Assembly (NCBI GenBank): GCA_048940925.1
Contig: JBHLOC010000002.1
Span: 32,001 to 96,000 of the forward strand
Direction: 5' to 3'
DNA length: 64,000 nucleotides
DNA from: Promethearchaeota archaeon
GTDB lineage: Archaea; Asgardarchaeota; Lokiarchaeia; Sigyniarchaeales; SOKP01
Shown: in pieces, positions 10,655 through 21,498 of the stretch
How the letters are laid out: every line of letters begins with the position of its first letter
Numbering within the stretch: the first letter of the stretch is position 1
The notes under the pieces: generated by a model
The model's database searches: none
Told to the model about the DNA's origin: nothing
Seen by the model: the letters and a program-made list of their open reading frames with translations, nothing else
Made by a program: the position numbers and the translations under genes

Positions 10655-10772
10655 AAAATTAGTCCAAATAGACTTTTTATTAAGAAAAATAAAAATCGGT
10701 CTACATTTTTTTTTTATTAATCAATATATTTGTCTCTTTAGAGGATAAATAATATAAAAATTAAATAGGATC

Positions 10773-11279
10773 ATGGTTGGCTGGACTCTTTTTCAAACTG
10801 GCTCTGATGTTGTCTGGGATAATCCTGTTGGATGGTTTTCAAGTTTACCTTTAATTAGCCAAATACTAATTATTGTTGGTCTTATTGCACTTTCTATTGC
10901 CGTTCTCGTTTTAGTTTACTATCTCTTAAAAGGTCTTGCTTATTTGTTATATTATATATTTAAAGGTTTATATTATCTCTTTAAAGGAATATTCCTTGGA
11001 TTATATAAATTTTTTGAAGCATTCTATTATGTTATATCAGGGAAACGTAAGAAAGTTAAACAAGAAATATTAATTATTCCTGATTCTTCACAAACTTCTC
11101 GAGAAAATATACCACATAAAATTGATCAGATTACATCGAAAATTCCTATTTATTGTACCGAATGCGGTCAAAGAATAACAGAGTCTATGGCTTTCCTTCT
11201 AACGTCACAGGGAGTGGGTTATTGTTTTCACTGCGGTAAGGAATTTAAAAAACAAAAGTCGTATAAATCTAACTTTTAA
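10773..11279 (+). CDS. membrane protein with C-terminal zinc ribbon
   Basis: TM helix, amphipathic KGLYY-type repeats, CTEC...CFHC. Confidence 0.7.
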   Translation: MVGWTLFQTGSDVVWDNPVGWFSSLPLISQILIIVGLIALSIAVLVLVYYLLKGLAYLLYYIFKGLYYLFKGIFLGLYKFFEAFYYVISGKRKKVKQEILIIPDSSQTSRENIPHKIDQITSKIPIYCTECGQRITESMAFLLTSQGVGYCFHCGKEFKKQKSYKSNF

Positions 11280-11320
11280 AACTTTTTCTAATTATACAAA
11301 ACATGAAAAACTAATATTCA

Positions 11321-12653
<1,333 letters not shown>

Positions 12654-12878
12654 AAGCCATTTTCCATTTGATATTTTTTTAGAATTACATCATCTTATTT
12701 GATCCAAAAAAGATTATTATAAACAGTTTAAAAAATTTTTGGTAGGAAAGAATAGACATAAAAATGATATGAAATTATTTTTATATCAGAATTTTCTTTA
12801 AAGTTATAACTTTATTTTGATAAGCGATTAATAAAAATAAAATCCCTAAAGAGAAATCTCTTTAAAGATGCGGGAAAT

Positions 12879-13799
12879 ATGCCACAGAAAACAATTTTGT
12901 GTGATCTCTCTCATAATGAAATGTTAAACATAGAAGATGCTGAATTTACTGAATTTTTAAATCTTTTGAAAAGAATGGATATTAAAATCAAGAAAACTGA
13001 GGATGAGCATCTTAAAAAGAATATGTTAAGTGATGTGGATCTCTTAATAATTGGTAATCCAATAGATGATTATTTCTCCAGTCTTGAAGTTAAATACATA
13101 GTTGATTTTGTTAGAAGTGGAGGAGGATTACTTCTTTTAAGTGAATATGGAGCAGATTATCTTCAAAAAACTAATTTAAATGATATTTCAGGAAAATTTG
13201 GGATCCTTTTTGAAAAGAATATAATAAAAGAAACGATTCAGGGGAATCAAAATGGCTCGAGTATATTGCATATAAAAGATTTTTCAAAACATCAACTTAA
13301 TAGACATATTAGAGAAATTGTCATTGGAGGAGCATGTTCTCTAATTTTAAGTAAAAATGCTAAACCTATTTTTCGAATAAGTAAACAAAATGCGTGGTCA
13401 GAAGCATTTGATAGTACTACTGAGAAATGGATTAAAGAAGAAGAAGAAAGAGAACAAATAATAGCTGCATACACAGAATTTGGGCATGGAAAGGTATTAG
13501 CGATTGGAGATATTGATCTTTTCACAGCGGATTCAAATATTGGAATTAACTCCTTGGATAATCAAAAATTTCTGCAAAACGCTATAAATTGGTTAATCGA
13601 ACCAGTAAAAGAACAAAAAGTCATAGCTTTTTTACTTAATCAGTTAGGTGATCTTCAATATGAAATCAGAGAAACCAATAAAGTATTAAATAACATTATT
13701 GAAACTATCACAATATTAGAAAAAAGAATAAGTTATTTAGAAGAAAACTCAAGTTTTCATAAAAAAACTTTAACTACTGAAAAGAATAGCGAACACTAA
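12879..13799 (+). CDS. GIFT (GldG/IFT52-like, DUF4350-like) domain protein with C-terminal coiled coil
   Basis: ILCDLSHNE, DLLIIGNP, DFVRSGGGLLLL, TNLN...FGI, GKVLAIGD..LF, DN.KFL.NAINWL; heptad tail. Confidence 0.7.
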   Translation: MPQKTILCDLSHNEMLNIEDAEFTEFLNLLKRMDIKIKKTEDEHLKKNMLSDVDLLIIGNPIDDYFSSLEVKYIVDFVRSGGGLLLLSEYGADYLQKTNLNDISGKFGILFEKNIIKETIQGNQNGSSILHIKDFSKHQLNRHIREIVIGGACSLILSKNAKPIFRISKQNAWSEAFDSTTEKWIKEEEEREQIIAAYTEFGHGKVLAIGDIDLFTADSNIGINSLDNQKFLQNAINWLIEPVKEQKVIAFLLNQLGDLQYEIRETNKVLNNIIETITILEKRISYLEENSSFHKKTLTTEKNSEH

Positions 13800-13801
13800 T
13801 C

Positions 13802-14335
13802 ATGGGAGATGTTACTTATAAAATTGTCATTTTTGGAAACGGTGGAGTGGGGAAAACCACCTTGCTTCAACGATATATTACTGGAGAATTCTTTTTAGAC
13901 ACAAAAGTGACGATTGGTTTAGATATTGCAGTGAAATATCTAGAAATAGAAGGTACAAAGATTACACTTCAAATATGGGATTTTGGGGGTGAAGATCGTT
14001 TTAGGTTCCTTTTACCTAATTACACTCGTGGTGCATTTGGAGGAATTTTCATGTATGATATTACACGACCTCACAGTTTACGAAATATTGATGAATGGTT
14101 GCAAATTTTTAGAAGAGAACAAATTGCTAAATTTCACGCTCCCTTAATAATAGTTGGAGGAAAGGCAGATCTTACAAATAAAAGATTAGTTTCTGAAAAA
14201 GAAGCGAAAAAAGTAGCAAAATCATATAAAATTTCACATCATTTTGAATGCTCTGCTAAAACAGGTGAAAATATAGAAATAATATTTGATACCTTAACAA
14301 GAGCAATTATGAAAAAAGCAGGTCTCATTGACTAG
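13802..14335 (+). CDS. Rab-like small GTPase
   Basis: GNGGVGKT, TIGLD, LQIWDFGGEDRFR, GKADL, ECSAKTG. Confidence 0.92.
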   Translation: MGDVTYKIVIFGNGGVGKTTLLQRYITGEFFLDTKVTIGLDIAVKYLEIEGTKITLQIWDFGGEDRFRFLLPNYTRGAFGGIFMYDITRPHSLRNIDEWLQIFRREQIAKFHAPLIIVGGKADLTNKRLVSEKEAKKVAKSYKISHHFECSAKTGENIEIIFDTLTRAIMKKAGLID

Positions 14336-14555
14336 AGCTTTTTAATTATCATCGAAAATTATTTTATTTCCTCCTATATAAAGGATCTAAATGTTTTATT
14401 ACTTTTAATGTAAAATGCCCTTTCTTTAGTCATTATAAATCAAATTATTATCATTAAAAATTTGGATCTTAATTTGTATTAAAACTATTTTTAATAATTA
14501 TGAGAAATTTACTTTCTTAATAACTTAATTTGAATAAACTAAAGTATTTATAAAA

Positions 14556-16001
14556 ATGCCATTAAAAACACCAGAAGAATATCTAGAGAGTATTAAAAGA
14601 CCTGTAAACTTATACATGTTTGGTGAAAAAGTAAAAGAATTTTGGAATCATCCAATTATTAGACCCTCGATAAATACAGTGATGAAAATCTATGAATTAG
14701 CGCAAATGGATGAATATAAGGACCTTATGACAGCAAAATCACACTTAACTGGGGAAACAATTAATCGTTTCACTCACATTCATCAATCTATTGACGATTT
14801 AATTAAAAAGGTACAAATGCAAAGACTACTTGGGCAAAAAACTGCGTGTTGTTTTCAGAGATGCGTTGGTTTTGATACTGCTAATGCATTATACAGTGTA
14901 ACTTACGAAATGGATAAAAAATATGGAACTAATTATCATAACCGGTTCAAAAATTATTGGATTGAAGTGCAAAGCCAAGATTTGATGGTTGACGGTGCGA
15001 TGACAGATACTAAGGGAGATCGAAGTAAAAGACCTAACCAACAATCAGATCCAGATGCATATTTGCATATAGTAGAAGAAAATGATGAAGGTATTGTCGT
15101 TAGAGGAGCAAAAGTTCATCAAACCGGATTTTTAAATTCTCATAGAGCAATTGTTATGCCTACTCTTAGACTACGCCCCGGAGAAGAAGAATATGCAGTT
15201 AGTTTCGGAATTGATACAAATGATAAAGGGATAACTCTAATTTATGGAAGACAATCATGTGATACTCGAAAAATGGAACAAGGAAAATTGGACATCGGTA
15301 ATTTTAAATATGGAGGTCAAGAGATATTTGTTATTTTTGATGATGTGTTTATCCCAAACAATAAAATTTTTATGAAAGGTGAAATTGAATTTTCAGGAGA
15401 ATTAGTTAATCGGTTTGCTGGTTTCCATAGACAGTCATATGGTGGTTGTAAAGTGGGAGTGGGAGATGCTCTTATTGGAGCAGCATCTTTAATTTCAGAA
15501 TATAATGGGACAGAGGGAGCTTCTCATATTCGTGATAAACTTGTTGAGATGGTGCATTTAAATGAAACTCTCTATAGTTGTGGAATTGCATGCAGTTCAT
15601 TGGGTTTTCAAAGAGAGGCTGGTAATTATGAAATGGATATGCTACTTGCAAATGTCTGTAAGCAGAATGTTACTCGGTTTCCTTATGAAATTGGTAGATT
15701 GGCAGAAGATATTGCTGGTGGAATAATATGCACCCTTCCTTCTGAAGCAGATTTCAAATCTGAGGAAATAGGACCCTTGATACGCAAATATCTCTCCACA
15801 TGTGAAGGGATAGGTCCTGATGATCGATATAAAGTCTTACGTTTTATTGAAAATTTGACGATGGGTGTTGCTTCGGTAAGTTATCGGACCGAGTCCATGC
15901 ATGGAGCAGGTTCACCTCAAGCACAAAGAATTATGATTTCGCGTCAAGCCGATCTAGAAGAAAAGAAAAAACTCATAAAAAATATACTTGATATTAAATG
16001 A
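14556..16001 (+). CDS. abfD: 4-hydroxybutyryl-CoA dehydratase
   Basis: CFQRCVG and HRQSYGGCK Fe-S ligands; GAMTD.KGDRS; ESMHGAGSPQAQ. Confidence 0.88.
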   Translation: MPLKTPEEYLESIKRPVNLYMFGEKVKEFWNHPIIRPSINTVMKIYELAQMDEYKDLMTAKSHLTGETINRFTHIHQSIDDLIKKVQMQRLLGQKTACCFQRCVGFDTANALYSVTYEMDKKYGTNYHNRFKNYWIEVQSQDLMVDGAMTDTKGDRSKRPNQQSDPDAYLHIVEENDEGIVVRGAKVHQTGFLNSHRAIVMPTLRLRPGEEEYAVSFGIDTNDKGITLIYGRQSCDTRKMEQGKLDIGNFKYGGQEIFVIFDDVFIPNNKIFMKGEIEFSGELVNRFAGFHRQSYGGCKVGVGDALIGAASLISEYNGTEGASHIRDKLVEMVHLNETLYSCGIACSSLGFQREAGNYEMDMLLANVCKQNVTRFPYEIGRLAEDIAGGIICTLPSEADFKSEEIGPLIRKYLSTCEGIGPDDRYKVLRFIENLTMGVASVSYRTESMHGAGSPQAQRIMISRQADLEEKKKLIKNILDIK

Positions 16002-16069
16002 TTTCTTAAATGATATAAGAAGGTTTTAATCGTAGTAAAATTTTAATCATATTAAATTATTAATTTGCT

Positions 16070-17470
16070 TTGGAAAATTGGTTATATATGAGTGAAAAAT
16101 CATTCGATGAAATATTTTCTGTTTTTGAAGAGATCTCTAACAGCTATAAAAGAAATAATCAATATTTTGACATTCTTTATGATTCTGAATCATCTACCTT
16201 TATTACAAAATCACGTACCTCAGAAGAAATAGTTATGAATGCAAAGAAATCTGGTATGGTTGCAAGAACATTTACAGGGATATGGAATGAAATAGCTACA
16301 ACTGAATTTTCAAATATTAACAATATCAAAGAAAAATTACCAAAAGTTGTGAACTTGGGTAAAAATCTGATGGAATTCGAAGGATGGAGTATAAATGAAG
16401 AAATAAAACCCAAAATTAATCCACTCAAAGTTTCAATTGATGAAAAAATCAAAAAGGTTAGACATATCTACGACTATGTGATGAACTATGATAAAAGAAT
16501 TATTAATACGGAAGTCAAATACCTAGAATACTTAACAGAACGAATCTTCTGTAATAATGAAGGATGTCAATTAAGACAAATAATCCCCAGAACAAAACTA
16601 TATATTATTCCTATAGCAAAAGAAGGAACTGTCGCAGAATATGATTATTACACTGATTCTGGTGAAATTGGTTTTGAAATTTTTAATAAGATTGATAATG
16701 AGTTGTTAGATAAAACTGCTCAAAATTCTTTGGACATGCTGCAAGCAGAATTGCCCCCTTCTGGAAAATATCCTGTCATTCTAGATCCTGGTATGACTGG
16801 AGTAGTTGCACATGAAAGTTTTGGACATGGTCTTGAAGCAGATCAAGTAATGCGGGATAGAAGCTATTTAAAAGCTAAACTTAATCAAAAAGTTGCGTCT
16901 GAAATATGTACAATATGTGATTCTCCTACAGTTTATAATGCTCTTGGAACATATTTTTTTGATGATGAGGGGATTAAAGCGAGTAAAAATGTATTGGTTC
17001 AGGATGGGGTATTAAAGGACTTCATATATGATAGACGAACCGCTTCTGCATTAAAAGCTATTCCAAAAGGAAACGGGAGAAGGGAAAGCTTTGCTCATCC
17101 TGTTCACCCAAGAATGACAAATACTTATTTTGAACCTGGAGATTATTCCCTAGAAGAAATGATTAAAGAAATCAAGTATGGAGTAATGTTGGTTAATGAA
17201 CTCTTCGGTATGGAAGATCCACTTGGAGGAGGGATGCAAAACACTTCTAAGAAAGGATATCTAATTGAGAATGGTAAAAAGACTAAATTATTGAAATCAA
17301 TAACTTTAAGTGGTCATGTATTGGAAACATTCCCTAAAATTGATGCAATTAGTAGAGATTTATTTGAAATAAATGGAGGAACATGTGGAAAGGGAGATGA
17401 AGATAGAGTTCCTGTAGGTAGTGGAGGTACTTATATTCGCATTAAAGAAGCATTAATTAGTCCTGGGTGA
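16070..17470 (+). CDS. tldD: TldD family metalloprotease
   Basis: HESFGHGLEAD, DDEG, GNGRRES, PRMTNT, GTCGK. Start may be ATG at 16088. Confidence 0.9.
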   Translation: MENWLYMSEKSFDEIFSVFEEISNSYKRNNQYFDILYDSESSTFITKSRTSEEIVMNAKKSGMVARTFTGIWNEIATTEFSNINNIKEKLPKVVNLGKNLMEFEGWSINEEIKPKINPLKVSIDEKIKKVRHIYDYVMNYDKRIINTEVKYLEYLTERIFCNNEGCQLRQIIPRTKLYIIPIAKEGTVAEYDYYTDSGEIGFEIFNKIDNELLDKTAQNSLDMLQAELPPSGKYPVILDPGMTGVVAHESFGHGLEADQVMRDRSYLKAKLNQKVASEICTICDSPTVYNALGTYFFDDEGIKASKNVLVQDGVLKDFIYDRRTASALKAIPKGNGRRESFAHPVHPRMTNTYFEPGDYSLEEMIKEIKYGVMLVNELFGMEDPLGGGMQNTSKKGYLIENGKKTKLLKSITLSGHVLETFPKIDAISRDLFEINGGTCGKGDEDRVPVGSGGTYIRIKEALISPG

Positions 17471-18807
17471 TATTAAAGATGAGTCACGAAAAAATTGATT
17501 TAATTGAACAGACTCTCAAAGTGAAAAATATTGAGGAATATGAAATTTATTTCATTGAAGAAAAAACCTATGAAACAATGTTCTTAAAAAGTGACCCTGA
17601 AGTAGAAAGGGAAGTAGAAGATTTTGATTATTTCATCCGAATCCTTACTCAAAAAGGAGAGAAAACAGGAATTGGTGTTGTTAAAGGGAATTCTTTGGAT
17701 TCTAAAGAAATGGGAAAAAATATTGATACCTGTATTTTACTTTCTAAAAATAATATTACTTCAAACTATCATTTTCCCGAGAAGCGAACAATTCCAAAAA
17801 TTATTACTGCTGATAGCGCTATTTTGAAAGATCCAATTGGAATAAAAAATGATCAGAGTGAAGAACTAATGAACCAACTTAAAGAGCAAAAGGAGGTTGT
17901 ACCTACCTTTGGTCGGTTAAGAGTACATATAAAAAAAAGATTCTTAAGAAATAGTAATGAACTAAATCTTGATTCGATAAACACATTTTTTCATTTAGAA
18001 TCCTCCTTAAAGGCACAAAAAAATGGGAAATTGTCTGAATATTGGAATACAGAATACTTTAAAGAAAAAGAACATTTAAACTTTAAAAAAAGAGTAGAAA
18101 ATTGGGCAAAATTTGCAAAAGATACTTTAATAGCAGAACCGCCTAAACCTAATAAGGAAGCAATAGTTATTTTTACACCATATGTTTTAAAGGAAGCACT
18201 GATCCCTGTGATAGGATTTCATGCTTCAGGACGGTCTTTTAGCGAAGAAACTTCTGCTTACAATATAAATGAAGAAGTAGCTTCTAAAGATATCACACTT
18301 ATAGATGATGGACTCCTTAATGGTGGGTTATATACTAACGGTTGGGATGGTGAAGGAAATCCTCATCAGAGGACAGAAGTAATAAAAAATGGTGTATTCC
18401 AAAAACGATTGTATGATCAAAAATATGCTCTTTTAAATGGTGAGAACCCAACTGGAAATGGTATGAGAAGCAATTTTGGTGGAATTTATAATGGAGTTAG
18501 TAACTTTCATGTTGTTCCTGGCACTACATCTCTAGATGATATGATTTCTGATATAAAAGAAGGTTATTATATTGAGAAATTTTCCTGGTTAAACCCTGAA
18601 GAATTATCCGGATATTTTGGAGCGGAAATAAGAAATGGCTACTATATTAAAAATGGTGAATTTCAGAATTCTATAAAACTTGGAAATGTGAGTGGTAATG
18701 TTTTAGATATAATGAAAAATTGTCTTTGCATATCAAAAGAAGTAGAATTTTCAGAGAACTCTCTATTTCCATATATGTGTTTCTCTAATTTAAATGTCTC
18801 ATTTTAA
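17467..18807 (+). CDS. pmbA: PmbA/TldE family protein
   Basis: Overlaps the tldD stop; DGEG, TGNG; lacks HExxH. Confidence 0.85.
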   Translation: MILKMSHEKIDLIEQTLKVKNIEEYEIYFIEEKTYETMFLKSDPEVEREVEDFDYFIRILTQKGEKTGIGVVKGNSLDSKEMGKNIDTCILLSKNNITSNYHFPEKRTIPKIITADSAILKDPIGIKNDQSEELMNQLKEQKEVVPTFGRLRVHIKKRFLRNSNELNLDSINTFFHLESSLKAQKNGKLSEYWNTEYFKEKEHLNFKKRVENWAKFAKDTLIAEPPKPNKEAIVIFTPYVLKEALIPVIGFHASGRSFSEETSAYNINEEVASKDITLIDDGLLNGGLYTNGWDGEGNPHQRTEVIKNGVFQKRLYDQKYALLNGENPTGNGMRSNFGGIYNGVSNFHVVPGTTSLDDMISDIKEGYYIEKFSWLNPEELSGYFGAEIRNGYYIKNGEFQNSIKLGNVSGNVLDIMKNCLCISKEVEFSENSLFPYMCFSNLNVSF

Positions 18808-18983
18808 TTTTTTTTAAATATTATCTCTAAGAATAATATACGAATTTTTTAAAACCGATATATATTGAATTTAATATTTAATTCGTAGAAAATTAGTTCT
18901 AAAAGGTTTATATATTACATATACATTACTTAGATCAGAAAAATATTCTATCAAGTAAATTAAAACTAAAAAATGTGAAATAA

Positions 18984-20945
18984 ATGAAATCCTTAAACAA
19001 ATTTAAGTGTTATTTTTTAATTTTTGTAGTTTTTATTTCGGTATCTAATGTGTTTACTTTTTGCATGAGTTATAGTCAAATTCATGAATATTCAAAGCAA
19101 ATACCAATAGAAAAAACACTATTTTCAAATCCTCTATCTTCTTGGAATTTAGATGGCAATATTATATGTGATTCAGATAATATCCAAGAAAACCAGCAAA
19201 TATGCAGGGATGGATTTGGCGGTGCAATTATTGTATGGCAAGATTTTAGAAATGGTTCTCAATACGATATATATGCTCAGCATATAAATGCTGAGGGTAA
19301 TATTGAGTGGTTGCCTAATGGCATACCAGTCTGTACGAATGAATATAGTCAAATTAAACCTCAAATTTGTAATGATGGAACAGGAGGTGCAATTATTGTA
19401 TGGGAGGATAAAAGAGGTCAGAGTGGGACGAATTCTAACATTTATGCTCAGCGAATAAATTCAACTGGTGGTGTTGAGTGGATTGCTAATGGAACACCCA
19501 TTTCCACCACGATAAATAATGATAAATATAATCCTCAAATTTGTGCCAATGAGTCTGGAGGGGCAATAATGACCTGGGAATCTACGATTAATAATGAAAT
19601 TTACGCCCAAGCGATTGATTTAGACGGAAATGTCCAGTGGGCCACTAATGGTGAACTAATAGCTACTTTTGATTATAGAGGGGAACCTAAAATTTGCAGT
19701 GATGGAGCGGGAGGGGCTATTATTATATGGGAAGAGGGATTTTTGTCTGATTTAAATATTTATGCTCAGCGGATAAATTCAACTGGTGAGATTGAATGGA
19801 CACCTACAGGTGAACCTATATGTACAAAAGCAGAGAACCAGGAACATCCTCAAATTTGCAGTGATGGGGCTGGAGGAGCCCTAATAGCTTGGGAAGATAA
19901 TAGAGATATAGATTTTTTTGGCAGAGATATTTGGGCTCAACGGATCGATGCTAATGGAAACAAATTATGGGGAAGTAATGATGTTGGAGCATGCAGGGAG
20001 GATTATAATCAATATGAACCTTTTATTTGTAATGATGGTTCTGGAGGTGCTTATATCGTGTGGAGAGACGCAAGAACTACAGGTAGTGATATATACGCTC
20101 AGCGAATAGCTCCAAATGGAGAAAGACAGTGGAGAGTTGATGGCTTAGCTATATGTGATATGGTTGCTCATCAAGGATCTGCTAAAATTTGTAGCGATGG
20201 TTCTGGAGGGGCAATTATCGCATATCGAGGTTATGATCATTCTTATGGTTATGATGATATTTTCATTCAAAAAATTGATTCTAACGGAGATCATCAATGG
20301 TCTCATTATATAGATGATATAGGTTGGAATACAGATGAAATACCTGTATGTAAGGCATCTGGAGACCAATTTTCTCCTCAAATTTGTAGTGATGACGATG
20401 GTGGGGCTGTAGTTGTATGGAAAGATTATAGAAGCGGATCAGGTGGAGATATTTATGCTCAACATATAAGGAGCGCCCCTCCAACTTCTGAACGCATTAA
20501 TTTGATTGAAACCCATTCAGATGATACATATAATTTATATTATGTTTTATATGATGACCATGGGGGTGGAAAATATCGAATATTGGTAGAAGATCCAAAT
20601 GAAACTCAATATTTATATATAAATTGGGCTACATGGAATTCAGAAGTTAATTTAGATATACCAATTAATCGTACTATACAAGGTGATTTTATTTATACGA
20701 TTGAATATTATGATGATCATGAACAATTTGGTTATCCGGATTCATTTACAGTAAGGATAACACCACCCTATTCTGATGATGATGGAAATGGCGGCGATGA
20801 TGGCGGTGATGATGGTGATAGCAATGGTGACGGCGATGGAAATGGTAATGGAGGAGGTATAATTCCAGGATATAATATATTATTTTTGATTGGAGCTATT
20901 TGTATTTCCTCTCTATTTTTTACAAAAAAAAGGAGGAAGCAATAG
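18984..20945 (+). CDS. secreted repeat (probable beta-propeller) surface protein with IPGY anchor
   Basis: About seven repeats of PQICSDGxGGAIIVWED.R...DIYAQRI...G...W; D/G/N linker; IIPGY, TM helix, KKRRK. Confidence 0.8.
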   Translation: MKSLNKFKCYFLIFVVFISVSNVFTFCMSYSQIHEYSKQIPIEKTLFSNPLSSWNLDGNIICDSDNIQENQQICRDGFGGAIIVWQDFRNGSQYDIYAQHINAEGNIEWLPNGIPVCTNEYSQIKPQICNDGTGGAIIVWEDKRGQSGTNSNIYAQRINSTGGVEWIANGTPISTTINNDKYNPQICANESGGAIMTWESTINNEIYAQAIDLDGNVQWATNGELIATFDYRGEPKICSDGAGGAIIIWEEGFLSDLNIYAQRINSTGEIEWTPTGEPICTKAENQEHPQICSDGAGGALIAWEDNRDIDFFGRDIWAQRIDANGNKLWGSNDVGACREDYNQYEPFICNDGSGGAYIVWRDARTTGSDIYAQRIAPNGERQWRVDGLAICDMVAHQGSAKICSDGSGGAIIAYRGYDHSYGYDDIFIQKIDSNGDHQWSHYIDDIGWNTDEIPVCKASGDQFSPQICSDDDGGAVVVWKDYRSGSGGDIYAQHIRSAPPTSERINLIETHSDDTYNLYYVLYDDHGGGKYRILVEDPNETQYLYINWATWNSEVNLDIPINRTIQGDFIYTIEYYDDHEQFGYPDSFTVRITPPYSDDDGNGGDDGGDDGDSNGDGDGNGNGGGIIPGYNILFLIGAICISSLFFTKKRRKQ

Positions 20946-21164
20946 TTTTACTTATCTAAATAATATATTTTTTCTTTTTATAAATTAAAAAACCATTAAT
21001 TTCTAATTATTTTTTTTAATCTTGATTTCAATTAAATTATAATTGCTTTTTCCTAACCCTATATCTTAAGCTCAAAAAATATTTTAACACTAATTCATAC
21101 TATTAATATATTAAATAAATAATATAATAGCTTAAAAAAAAAAGAAAAATAGGAAGGTATTTTA

Positions 21165-21426
21165 ATGGCCCGCTGTCCAGAAAGTTTTTTTGTATTAACA
21201 ATTTAACATGGAATGCGGAGGGTTTATGAAATACCATTCAGCTATAAAACAAGTCGTCTGTCAATCATGTGGACTGTCTTTAACGAGACATGAATTAGAT
21301 GGGTATTGGAAAAAGGTGAGGGATGAAAATATTACAGAAGCAGATGATACGCAGCAAAAGAAAAATCGTAGAAAAGAATGGCTTGAATGGTATTCGTCAT
21401 CCAAATCTGATAAGGAGAATTATTAA
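21165..21426 (+). CDS. small zinc-ribbon protein split by a 31-nt insert: join(21165..21182, 21214..21426), 76 aa
   Basis: Spliced product MARCPECGGFMKYHSAIKQVVCQSCGLSL has both CxxC pairs. SD-like AGGAAGGT lies before ATG 21165. Confidence 0.82.
21183..21213 (+). other. putative 31-nt BHB-type mRNA intron in the zinc-ribbon gene
   Basis: CCAG-AA|A-GUU...AAC-AUGG-AA|U with exon stem CCCGCUGU/GCGGAGGG. Confidence 0.75.
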
Positions 21427-21498
21427 GAGTAGAAATAGTATATAATTCTAAATAATCAGACAATTCTATTTAGAATAAGTAAATTGATTAATTATATA

